A DNA stretch of 64,000 nucleotides from Azolla caroliniana (lineage: Eukaryota > Plantae > Polypodiophyta). Positions 10,724 to 21,254 of the stretch are shown here, piece after piece. The notes beneath the pieces are model-generated. The model saw nothing but the letters and a program-made list of their open reading frames with translations. It was not told where the DNA came from and did not search any database. The position numbers and the translations under genes are program-made. The DNA is taken from NCBI GenBank assembly GCA_043228905.1, contig JBHGNT010000018.1, forward strand, positions 6,634,001-6,698,000. The letters are read 5' to 3'. The stretch's first letter is position 1, and every line of letters starts with the position of its first letter.

Positions 10724-13480
10724 CTCGTGCACACAAACATATGTGGGCCCATGCCAGAGAGATCACTAGGAGGCTCCTAGTACTTCATCACATTCGTAGA
10801 TGACTGTACACGGAAAGTTTGGGCATACTCCATCAAGTCCAAAGATGAAGCGCTCGAGGTCTTCACTCAATGGATATCTGAAATGGAAAACCGGTCGGGA
10901 CACAGAGTGAAGACACTCCACTCCGATCAGACAACGGAGGAACCAACAAAAAATAGTGGGCAAGAAGGTATCCTTCGAAGATGAAAGCATTGACGTAGAA
11001 GAACCGACCCAGCAGGCCGACTCAGAGAGTCAACAGACAGTCGAACTCCAACCCGCTAACTATCTTTCTGCCAACACCGAATCGACAACAAGTTCCAACG
11101 TCGAACTCAAAGACAAAGTCATCAAACACAAAGCCGAGTCGACAATGATCGACAAAGGCAAAGTCACCAAGAGACAAGTCAGAAAAGAGTTGACGATACC
11201 CATAGGGGAGAACACCCAGACACCGTCGAAATCCCAAACCGGGGGCGGAACACCTAGCAAGACTCCTGACACAGATGGTTCATGAAATGCCGATCGTCAA
11301 ACAGAACCGATCAAAGGATGTGAACCAAACATTTCGACACTTAGGAGATCTGGATGAGTGCGAACACAAATAGAGTTTTATCAACCGGGCCTCGACTACG
11401 TCAACTACACGGATGCAGGCGAACCAAGCACATATGAAGAAGCTATGGCCGCACTGGATGCCAAAACATGGCTACAAGCCATGAAATCTGAAATGGACTC
11501 GATTCATCAGAATCAGACATGGGAGCTGGTCGAACTACTAGCAGGACGAAAGCCGCCACCTTGCAAATGGGTATTCCGATACAACTATGTGTCTGATTCA
11601 AAGAAACCCAAGTATAAAGCTCAACTTGTCGTGAAAGGGTTCAAACAAGAACATGGGGTTGACTACGAAGAGATATTTTCACCAGTAGTAAAGATGACCA
11701 CCCTCTGACTCCTACTAGGAGTTGTGGCGACAGAGGACCTAGAGCTAGAGCAGATGGATGTAAAGACAACATTCCTCCACGGAGATCTGGAAGAAGACAT
11801 ATACATGTCTCAGCCGGCATGCTTCACGGTGACGGGGGAGAACAGTCACCTCATATGCCGATTGAAGAAAAGTCTCTATGGCTTAAAACAAGCACCGAGG
11901 ATGTGGTACCAGAAGTTTGACTCCTACATACGGTATCTTGGATACAATAGATCATACTTTGACCCATGCATGTATGTTTGGCAACTGGCCGACGAGTCTA
12001 GGATCTATCTCATCCTATATGCCGACTACATGTTGATTGCAGGAAGCAATCAGGCAAAGATCGGTAAGCTGAAGCGGAGCCTTCATGCAAAATTCGCGAT
12101 GAAGGAACTAGGACAATCCCGACAGATACTAGGCATGAGGATAGAGCGAAATCGGACGACCAGGACTCTCCGACTCTCCTAATCTGATTACATCCGCAAA
12201 GTGCTGATGTGCTTCAACATGGAGAATGCGAAGCCAACACCGACACCGCTTCTGACGTCGATCAGACTATCAGACAGAGATTCTCCTTCGACGGACAAGG
12301 AGAGAGAGCTAAATGGAAAGATACCCTACACATCGGCAGTAGGAAGTATCATGTACGCAATGGTGGCGACTCGACCCAACCTAGCCTATGTTGTAGGGGT
12401 GGTCAACCGGTACATGTCAAACCCAGGAAAGAAGCATTGGGAGGTCGTCAAGCACATCCTTAGGTATCTGAAAGGAACCACAGATGCACATTTGACTTTT
12501 GGACTGATAAACTTAGTCGAAGTCGAAGGCTATACCAATTTCGACTACACTGGAAATAATGACAATCAAAAATCGACATCAGGCTACATCTTCACCTATG
12601 GTGGCGGTGCAATATCATGGAGGTCAAAACTTCAGGAGTGCACGACTCTGTCTACTACAGAAGCCGAGTACATAGCAGCATCGGATGCAACGAAAGAATC
12701 GATCTGGCTTCACCGACTGATTGCCGATTTCGGAACTACAAGCGGAACCAACCGATCAGCGCTGACCATCCATTGCGACTCATAGAGCGCTATACACCTC
12801 ATCAACAATCTCGTCTACCATGCGAAGACGAAGCATATTGAGGTGTGGTATCATCATATCCGGGAGCTCGTAACCGAGAAGAAGCTCGAAGTCCGGAAGA
12901 TTGACACCAAGGTGAACATCGCTGATTGCCTGACGAAGCCACTCCCAGATCAACGCTTCAGAGCACTAAGGATGAAGATGGGACTACAACAAGTGACCGA
13001 ACAGAAGAAAACCGAACGAGAAGCAAAAGGTAAGAGTTGATTGATAATCATACCATACCTCTGCCGACTTGGCTACTTGCCGACAAACTTGTAACATAAA
13101 ATCTAGTTAAATTTGTAATCTAGGTTTACGGGGGAGACAACCCCAAACATTTCTAATTGTACAGAAGAGTAGTCCTTTTACGGGGGAGTTTGTTGGCATA
13201 AAAGGCCGACTCCTTCCACTTTGTATCCGTCCTAGTGTGAACACGTTAACAAGTTAGGGCTTAGTATATAAACGAATACCTAACATTGTATTGAATGATG
13301 AGTGTAATTCTGAGAGAAAAGAAAAGAAAAACACTCTATGCAGAAACAAGAAGCTTTCCATTAAAGCTCGTATCTGTGTAAGTCTAAATTTTCCCTTTCT
13401 ACTTTTTGTTTACGTTGTTTGCTGTTCATAGCCGAACGATCCGAACAAACACTTCCGCATAAACACCAGCACTCACAACA
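10724..13480 (+). mobile_element. Ty1/copia element C, 3' half (partial INT, RT, RNase H, PPT, 3' LTR 13191-13480)
   Basis: LVHTNICGPM integrase start; [33 protein letters not shown]; RNase H QKSTSGY, STTEAEY, NIADCLTK; PPT ttttacgggggagtt then tgttggc...cacaaca. Confidence 0.88.
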
Positions 13481-14757
13481 AAATGAACAAGATATTCTCT
13501 GCACTTGTAACAACGGCTAAAGTACCCTTTTCATCGGGAATCTTCCTAGGTTCGACACCATTACTGACACCTTTGTCCTTCCTCATGTGTCGGCAATACT
13601 TCTGAAAGTGTCTAGGATTTACACAATAAAAGCATGTCAGCTTGCCTCTAGACTTGGACCTAGCTTAGGACTTGTCCCTTCTTTGTGGAATTCTTTACCG
13701 GTTCCTTCCTCTGCATGTATGTTGAGTCAAGTTTGACTCTGATTGGGACAAGACACTCTTGACCTTCATTCTTGTCTCCTAGTTCAAGATGCTTGTCTTT
13801 ACCGCTTGTAGACACAACTTCTCTTCTTGACATGAAGTGTTGAGAGTCACCGCTAGATTCTCCCAACTATCTGGTAGGGTGCACAATAGGAGGATGACCT
13901 GCATTGCATCCTCAAGGGGAAACTTGGTTGCAGCAAGTTGGTTCACATACCCCATGAATGTGCTTACATGCTCCACTATGCTTTCTTCGTCCCTGTATTT
14001 TAGCCTCACAATCTTTCTCATCAAAGATGTTTTGTTGAGGGCGTTCTTCCTCTCATATAGACCTGAGAGCTTCTGCCACATCTCGTAGGCATTTGGATCG
14101 TTCTCCACATGCTGAAGGACACTTACATTGATGCATTGTCTGATGGTGACCACCACCTTTTTGTTTAGAAGTTTCCATTCAGACTCTAATACCCTCGTGG
14201 GTATTTCTGCTCTGTCGATGGGCTAGTATAGGTCTTTGACTATGAGAAGGTCTTCCATCTTTATCTTCCAGTCTGCATAGTTCTAAGAGTTTAGAACTAT
14301 CATACCTAGGACGCCGTTAACACCTCCTTCCATGCTTGCACCTCAAGCTCTGATACTAGTTTGTTGAAATAGGATCGTAGATCTACAAATAGAACGCGCT
14401 GAAATGTACAGGCGAAAAATGCAAAACATCAAAGTACACAATGATACGCATAGTTTTACGTGGAAACCCCTAAACTAGGGAAACCACGGGGAACAGAGAT
14501 CCACTATACAAGAGAATACAGAAAATGGTTACAAATCTTCTCTAATGATCTTAGAGGATAACCCGCTTAGGGTTCTTAGCAAGTTCATTGAACTTTGTCG
14601 CTGCTCTCTCTCGCTCACGCACCCTCTCTTCTCTATCACACACAGTATACAATAGAGGCTCACAACAACACTATCTGTTCTACTCTTTGCAGTACTATTC
14701 TATAGTTCTCACAGTTCTACATTTTCCCTAAGTGTACTTACACTTATACGTTGTATG
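13481..14757 (-). mobile_element. Ty1/copia element E (Tnt1/Tork-like), gag portion and 5' LTR; LTR continues at 20278 after insertion F
   Basis: ATG at 14333, MEGGVNGVLGMIVLNS*NYADWKIKMEDLL, closely similar to gag of F and I; mutated PBS gctctgatacta 14347-14358; LTR starts tgttgaaat at 14362. Confidence 0.85.
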
Positions 14758-15200
14758 TGTAAAGAAAACACCGCTTGGATTCACCTTCTTCAGTCGGCCA
14801 CAGCCTATTAATCGCGGATCAATGTAGCAGAAAATAAGAAATACAGAGAAAGACGCGATACACAGGGATTAACGTGGAAAACCCTATACGGGAAAAAACC
14901 ACGGGAGTACGAGACTCCGAACCAAACTATGCACAGAGAAATATACAATGGCGAGCTGCAAGGCAACGACCTTGAGCTCGCTGTCCTCGCCACAGGCGGC
15001 GGAAGTACACAGAGGCGTCTACCTCTTCGTCTCTCTCTCGCTCTATCTCTCTCTCTCGGCTGCACTCACTTCTAATGAAAAATAAGCAACAACATAAACT
15101 GTTTGCCCTAAGTCATATTTATACATATATGACTTTCGGGCTATTTACAAATATAGCCACAAGGGCTCTTAGCAAACATATTCACAAATATGTCCCCGCA

Positions 15201-15420
15201 TCCGGATCCGTATCCGGGTACTCTTCATCCGGCTCCGTAACCGGGGTCTTCATCATCCGGATCCGTATCCGGGTACTCTTCATCCGGCTCCGTAACCGGG
15301 GTCTTCATCATCCGGATCCGTATCCGGGTACTCTTCATCCGGCTCCGTAACCGGGGTCTTCATCTTCCGGATCCGTATCCGGGTACTCTTCATCCGGCTC
15401 CGTAACCGGGTACTCTTCAT
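15201..15420. repeat. Four tandem 55-bp CCGG-rich repeats in U3 of the F LTR (also ~20019-20238)
   Basis: tccggatccgtatccgggtactcttcatccggctccgtaaccgggg... starts at 15201, 15256, 15311 and 15366. Confidence 0.9.
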
Positions 15421-15469
15421 CATCTGGACATCCCATCCGGAGGGACCGAAATCCCAACAAACTCCCCCT

Positions 15470-18400
15470 TCACTTCGGCATGGGATGTCTCTCCAACCCG
15501 ATCCTCTTCCGGCATGTTTCCAGCTTGTCGGGCGTGAGCACCTTGGTCAGCATATCCGACCCGTTCTCGTTCGTGTGGATCTTCGTCAGCACGAACTCCT
15601 TGTCTTCTACCCTTTCCCGGATCCAGTGGTATCTACGCTGGATGTGTTTCGTCCGGGAATGGTAGGCCGCGTTCTTTGCAAGGTGGATGGCACTCTGACT
15701 ATCGCAGTAGAGTCGGTACTCCTCCTGCCGGATTCCGAGCTCTCTAATGAAGTCCTTCATCCATATTATTTCCTTGCCGGCTTCAACAGCTGCCATGTAC
15801 TCCGCCTCCGTGGTTGACAACGCAACCGTCTTCTGCAGCCTCGACTGCCACGAAACGGCTCCCCCTGCATACGTCATCACATACCCTGATGTGGACCGGC
15901 TGGTATCTGCATCAGCCGACATATCCGAATCGGTGAAACCGTCGAGTTCGGGTTTACCGGAGCCGAATCGGAGGCACACGTTTGCCGTGCCCTTCAGGTA
16001 TCGAAGTATCCACTTGACCGCGTTCCAATGCTCTTTGCCGGGATTGCTCATGTACCGGCTCACCACTCCGACTGCGTATCCGATGTCCGGTCTCGTACAC
16101 ACCATGGCGTACATCAGGCTCCCGACAGCTGAGGCATACGGCACTTTCATCATATCCTCCTTTTCAGCCTTTGTCTTGGGACTTTGCTTGCTGGACAACT
16201 TGCAGTTTGCCGGTAGGGTTGATCCGACCGGTCTTGCTTCCGACATGTTGAACCGTTGAAGCACCTTTGTCACGTACTTCTCTTGTGACAGCCACAACTG
16301 CTTCTTGCTCCGGTCCCGGATGATGTGCATCCCTAGTATTTGTCTCGCCGGACCCAAGTCCTTCATTGAGAAGGTTCGGTGAAGAGCCTTCTTCAGCATC
16401 CGAATCTTGACCTGGTCCCGTCCGACGATCAACATGTCGTCCACGTACAGGAGGAGTATTAGAAAATCTCCTCCTTCGAACTTCTTCACAAACACGCAGT
16501 GGTCGGACTGCGTTTTGAGGTACCCTTCGTCGGTCATGAAGGAGTCGAACTTCCGGTACCATTGCCGGGGAGCCTGCTTCAGTCCGTAAAGGCTCTTCTT
16601 CAACCGGCATACCAGGTGCTCCTTCCCTTTCTTCTCGAATCCTTCCGGTTGCTGCATGTAGATCTCTTCTTCGAGGTCACCGTGAAGGAATGCCGTCTTC
16701 ACGTCCATCTGTTCTACCTCGAGGTCCATGCTTGCCGCTATGCTCAGCACCGTCCGGATGGAGGTCATCTTTACTACCGGGGCAAATATCTCGTCGAAGT
16801 CGACGCCCTTCTTCTGCTGGAACCCCTTCACCACGATCCTGGCTTTGTATCTCGGGGGGTTTCCGGCATCTCCCGGTTTCAGCTTGAACACCCACTTGTT
16901 ACGGAGTGCCCGTTTTCCTTTCGGCAACTCCACAAGTTCATATGTGTGGTTCTCATGCAGGGAATCCATCTCGTCCTGCATGGCACTCAACCACCTGCGG
17001 CTCTGGGTGTCATGCTTTGCTTCTTCAAAGCTCTCCGGCTCCCCCTCGTCGGTTAGCAGCACATGCTCTGGTTCCGGAAATCTCCGGGGGGCCCTTCTCT
17101 CTCTTAGAGGATATCTCCGTTCCGGAGCTTCGGTAACCGGTTCTCCCGATTCTTCTTCTTCATCCGAATCCATTTCGGGATCGGGGCCGATTCCGGTATC
17201 ATTTTCATCTTCTTCGGCCGGTTCTGTTTCTTCACCGTCTTCGGCCGGGTCCTCGAGTGCTAACCGGTCCCTTGCCGGTCGGGACTGCTCCTCGTAGAGT
17301 TTATCCTCACCAGTCGACTTGGAGCTCTTCATCTTCTTCTCCGACTCCCAGTCGGCGAGTGTCTTGTCCTCCATAAAGACGATATCTCGACTCCTGAATA
17401 TCTTCTTGTCGACCGGGTCCCATACTCGGTAGCCGAACTCGTCGTCGCCGTAACCGAGGAATATGCATGGCCGGGTCTTTGGATCTAGCTTTCCTCTCCG
17501 GTCCTTTGCCACATGCACGTATGCGAGACACCCGAACACCTTCAGATGCCGGTAGGATACTTCCCTACCGGTCCACACTCTCTGCGGCGTGTCTCCGTCC
17601 AAAGGTACTGAGGGTGATCGGTTTATCACATATGTCGCCGTCGACATTGCCTCAGCCCAAAACCCCTTGGGTAATTTCGCATGCGCCAGCATACTCCGGA
17701 CCCTCTCCATTATGGTCCGGTTCATCCTCTCGGCCAGCCCGTTCAGTTCCGGCGTCTTCGGCACAGTAAACTCGAGCCGGATTCCCTTCGAGCGACAGTA
17801 CTCCTGGAACTGCCCCCGGTATTCCCCTCCGTTATCCGCTCGTATCGCTTTCAGCTTCTTGCCGGATTCCCTTTCCACTCTCGCGTGGAGTTCTTTGAAG
17901 ACGCACAACACTTGGTCCTTTGTCTTCAACGGCGCCGTCCACAGCTTCCGGCTATGGTCATCTATGAATGTCACGAAGTACTGGGCTCCGCCATGTGACT
18001 TCGTTTCTACCTGACACACATCAGTGTGCACCAACTCCAATGGTGCGCTACGTCTCGTCGGTGGCCTTGAGTGGAAGGAGGTTCGGTTCTGCTTACCGGC
18101 CAGGCAATCGGTGCACTTCTCCAGGTGCACATGCTTCACTGGAATGAGGTTGTCTTCTACAAGCCTCTTCATCCCCTTCTCACTCATGTGGCACAGTCTC
18201 TTGTGCCACAGCTCACCGGCAGTGTCGGCTGCCACGTTCAGCTCCTCCGGACATAGCCGGGAATTCATCAGGTACAGTGTGTTGACCTTCCGGGCCCGAG
18301 CCACTATCAGGCTCCCCTTGCTGAACTTCATGACACCGTTCCGGATGCTACCCGTGTAGCCTTCATCATCTAACCTCCCGGCCGAGATCAGGTTCAATCG

Positions 18401-19555
18401 GACCTCCGGAACGTGTCGCACATCCTTCAGCAGCATCTTGCATCCGGTTGATGTCATCAGCCACACGTCTCCTATGCCGGCAATCCGGCATGTGCCTTCA
18501 TTTCCCATCCGGACACAGCCATGTTCACCGGCTGTGTAGGATGAGAAGTATTTCTTCTCCGGGGTCAGGTGGAACGACGCTCCGGAATCGACCACCCAGG
18601 TCATCTCATCGCCGGCAATGTTTAGCTCACCTTCTTCGGTGATGAGCATAATTTCTTCCTCACTTGCCGCGAGTGCCGTCGTTCCTTTCCGGTCCTGCCC
18701 TCGCCGATCCGAACCTCTCCGGTCCGTGGCTCCCCGGTATGCACCGTTTCTCTCCGGTGACTTCTTCGAATCGGTGTCGTCGGCTCCGTTGTCCTTTCGG
18801 TAATGCCGACAATTCTTCCGGAAGTGCCCCGGCTTCCCACAGTGGAAGCACGTGGGCCTTCCTCTTGACTGCGACCGGGTCCCCGACTTCTCCCGTCTTT
18901 GCGGACTCCGGTTCCAGTGTCTTCCCCGTTCCGATTCGGTAAGCAGCGCCTTCGAGTCGGAGGCCGGTTCTTTGTCTCTCCGACGCGCTTCTTCGTTCAA
19001 GATACTTGTCTTTACCGTTTGTAGGGACAAGTTGTCTTCCGTGCAGGAGGTGCTGAGAGTCACCACCAAGTTCTCCCAGCTGTCCGGCAATGTACACATC
19101 AGGATGATGGCTTGCATTGCATCCTCCAACGGGAACTTGATCGCCGCAAGCTGGTTCACGAATCCCATGAACGTGCTTACGTGTTCCACCATACTCTCGC
19201 CGTCCCGGTACTTGAGATTCACAATCTTCCTCATCAGGGAGGTCCGGTTCAACGCATTCTTCCTCTCATAGAGGCCCGACAGCTTCTTCCACATTTCGTA
19301 TGCGTTGGTGTCGTTCGCCACATGTTGTAGGACGCTTACGTCGACATATTGTCGGATCGTCGCTACGGCTTTCCGGTTCAGGAGCTTCCACTCCGACTCA
19401 AGTACCCCTTTCGGTATTTCCGACCTGTCAATCGGTTCGTACAGGTCCCGAACAATCAGAAGATCCTCCATCTTGATCTTCCAGTCGGCGTAATTTTGTG
19501 CATTCAGCACCATCATCATCGGCTGCCCGCTGCCGCCGCCTTCCATTTTCTGCAA
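15470..19555 (-). CDS. Copia Gag-Pol polyprotein, 1361 aa, intact
   Basis: CFHCGKPGHFRKNC; WVVDSGASFH; LWHKRLCH; LVHTDVC...FIDD...RADNGGEY...GLAERMNRT; EQMDVKTAFLHG; LYVDDM; RSTSGY, STTEAEY, SDMLTK. Confidence 0.97.
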   Translation of the reverse strand: MQKMEGGGSGQPMMMVLNAQNYADWKIKMEDLLIVRDLYEPIDRSEIPKGVLESEWKLLNRKAVATIRQYVDVSVLQHVANDTNAYEMWKKLSGLYERKNALNRTSLMRKIVNLKYRDGESMVEHVSTFMGFVNQLAAIKFPLEDAMQAIILMCTLPDSWENLVVTLSTSCTEDNLSLQTVKTSILNEEARRRDKEPASDSKALLTESERGRHWNRSPQRREKSGTRSQSRGRPTCFHCGKPGHFRKNCRHYRKDNGADDTDSKKSPERNGAYRGATDRRGSDRRGQDRKGTTALAASEEEIMLITEEGELNIAGDEMTWVVDSGASFHLTPEKKYFSSYTAGEHGCVRMGNEGTCRIAGIGDVWLMTSTGCKMLLKDVRHVPEVRLNLISAGRLDDEGYTGSIRNGVMKFSKGSLIVARARKVNTLYLMNSRLCPEELNVAADTAGELWHKRLCHMSEKGMKRLVEDNLIPVKHVHLEKCTDCLAGKQNRTSFHSRPPTRRSAPLELVHTDVCQVETKSHGGAQYFVTFIDDHSRKLWTAPLKTKDQVLCVFKELHARVERESGKKLKAIRADNGGEYRGQFQEYCRSKGIRLEFTVPKTPELNGLAERMNRTIMERVRSMLAHAKLPKGFWAEAMSTATYVINRSPSVPLDGDTPQRVWTGREVSYRHLKVFGCLAYVHVAKDRRGKLDPKTRPCIFLGYGDDEFGYRVWDPVDKKIFRSRDIVFMEDKTLADWESEKKMKSSKSTGEDKLYEEQSRPARDRLALEDPAEDGEETEPAEEDENDTGIGPDPEMDSDEEEESGEPVTEAPERRYPLRERRAPRRFPEPEHVLLTDEGEPESFEEAKHDTQSRRWLSAMQDEMDSLHENHTYELVELPKGKRALRNKWVFKLKPGDAGNPPRYKARIVVKGFQQKKGVDFDEIFAPVVKMTSIRTVLSIAASMDLEVEQMDVKTAFLHGDLEEEIYMQQPEGFEKKGKEHLVCRLKKSLYGLKQAPRQWYRKFDSFMTDEGYLKTQSDHCVFVKKFEGGDFLILLLYVDDMLIVGRDQVKIRMLKKALHRTFSMKDLGPARQILGMHIIRDRSKKQLWLSQEKYVTKVLQRFNMSEARPVGSTLPANCKLSSKQSPKTKAEKEDMMKVPYASAVGSLMYAMVCTRPDIGYAVGVVSRYMSNPGKEHWNAVKWILRYLKGTANVCLRFGSGKPELDGFTDSDMSADADTSRSTSGYVMTYAGGAVSWQSRLQKTVALSTTEAEYMAAVEAGKEIIWMKDFIRELGIRQEEYRLYCDSQSAIHLAKNAAYHSRTKHIQRRYHWIRERVEDKEFVLTKIHTNENGSDMLTKVLTPDKLETCRKRIGLERHPMPK

Positions 19556-20277
19556 CAGTCGCTCTGATACCAGTTTGTAAAGAAAACACCGCTTGGATTC
19601 ACCTTCTTCAGTCGGCCACAGCCTATTAATCGCGGATCAATGTAGCAGAAAATAAGAAATACAGAGAAAGACGCGATACACAGGGATTAACGTGGAAAAC
19701 CCTATACGGGAAAAAACCACGGGAGTACGAGACTCCGAACCAAACTATGCACAGAGAAATATACAATGGCGAGCTGCAAGGCAACGACCTTGAGCTCGCT
19801 GTCCTCGCCACAGGCGGCGGAAGTACACAGAGGCGTCTACCTCTTCGTCTCTCTCTCGCTCTATCTCTCTCTCTCGGCTGCACTCACTTCTAATGAAAAA
19901 TAAGCAACAACATAAACTGTTTGCCCTAAGTCATATTTATACATATATGACTTTCGGGCTATTTACAAATATAGCCACAAGGGCTCTTAGCAAACATATT
20001 CACAAATATGTCCCCGCATCCGGATCCGTATCCGGGTACTCTTCATCCGGCTCCGTAACCGGGGTCTTCATCATCCGGATCCGTATCCGGGTACTCTTCA
20101 TCCGGCTCCGTAACCGGGGTCTTCATCATCCGGATCCGTATCCGGGTACTCTTCATCCGGCTCCGTAACCGGGGTCTTCATCTTCCGGATCCGTATCCGG
20201 GTACTCTTCATCCGGCTCCGTAACCGGGTACTCTTCATCATCTGGACATCCCATCCGGAGGGACCGAAATCCCAACA

Positions 20278-20513
20278 GTATGGACTATTAACAAATGTAG
20301 CCTCTACTACTATTATTCCTATTATTATAGTAACAGTCAATAAGCTGACTCATGTGTCGACTGTCCGGTCGGCTCGACTAGTCGGTCATGCCTTTGAGTT
20401 GAGATCCACTATACAATAGAGAATACAAGAAATGGTTACAACTCTCTCTCTTGAACTTAGAGGATAACCACTTATTGACTGCCACTGCTCTCTCTTGGTG
20501 AACTCTGCCACCA

Positions 20514-20572
<59 letters not shown>

Positions 20573-20985
20573 TACACAACACTTTGTTATGTTTTGCTCT
20601 TTCTGTTCATCAACTACAACAACTCTCATAACACTTTATGTTTGCCCTAGGTGTATTTATACTTATACATAGTATGGGCTATTTACAAATATAGTTGTTA
20701 TTATTTTTATCTAATAATAATAATAGTCGTTAATCAGCCGACTAATCGACTAGACAATTTGGATAGCCAACTCTTGTGTCAATTGTCCAGTCGGCTAGAC
20801 TAGTTGGTCTTGTCATCGACTTGGGTCACTTATTGTCAACTCTCCTAGTCGACTATCTCTCAGTCGACTCTTTGTGTCTTCAACTGTCAACTCTCAACCC
20901 GACCATTCGTCTACTCCTTGTCTTCGATTGTCGGCTCTCATCCCGATCATTCGGCTCCTCCCATAGGAGGGACATATTCCTAGCA
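20278..20985 (-). repeat. Remainder of the E LTR followed by a second, related partial LTR (~20400-20985)
   Basis: gagatccactatacaa..gagaatac..aaatggttacaa at 20401 repeats ~14496; ends ggagggacatattcctagca, similar to the F and I LTR termini. Confidence 0.65.
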
Positions 20986-21254
20986 GGGGTAACCGATCAA
21001 ACAATTAATGGCCTCATTTCCAAAGATATTTTTTAATACAACCTTGAGATTAATGTGTGGTGCAAGGCCAAGGACTCATCGGCCTATGTGTGCTTGTAGT
21101 GAAGAGAGCATTCAAATAGGGGTAGGTGTGGTGCCAGTTTTGACCCGAGAGCACGATGAAAGAAATAAAAGGAAACTTGAAGGGGGGCTAGGGAGGGCAT
21201 CCACGGAAATAAAAGAAATCCAATGGAGGCTATGCATACATACATACATACATC

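Larger units (their letters stand above)
14758..20277 (-). mobile_element. Intact Ty1/copia element F (Tnt1/Tork-like)
   Basis: Two 702-bp LTRs (14758-15459, 19576-20277) with no difference seen; perfect 5-bp TSD GTATG; PBS-Met 19561-19572; PPT gaagtgaagggggagttt; single uninterrupted ORF. Confidence 0.98.

Noticed and set aside
14808-15350. Duplicated small ORFs (85 and 91 aa; also 19626-20168, 34280-34477, 39144-39341)
   Set aside because: They lie inside LTRs and are duplicated only because the LTRs are; low-complexity translations.
15485-19330. Many long antisense and alternate-frame ORFs over the retroelement coding regions
   Set aside because: Expected shadows of GC-rich coding sequence; no recognisable domains.
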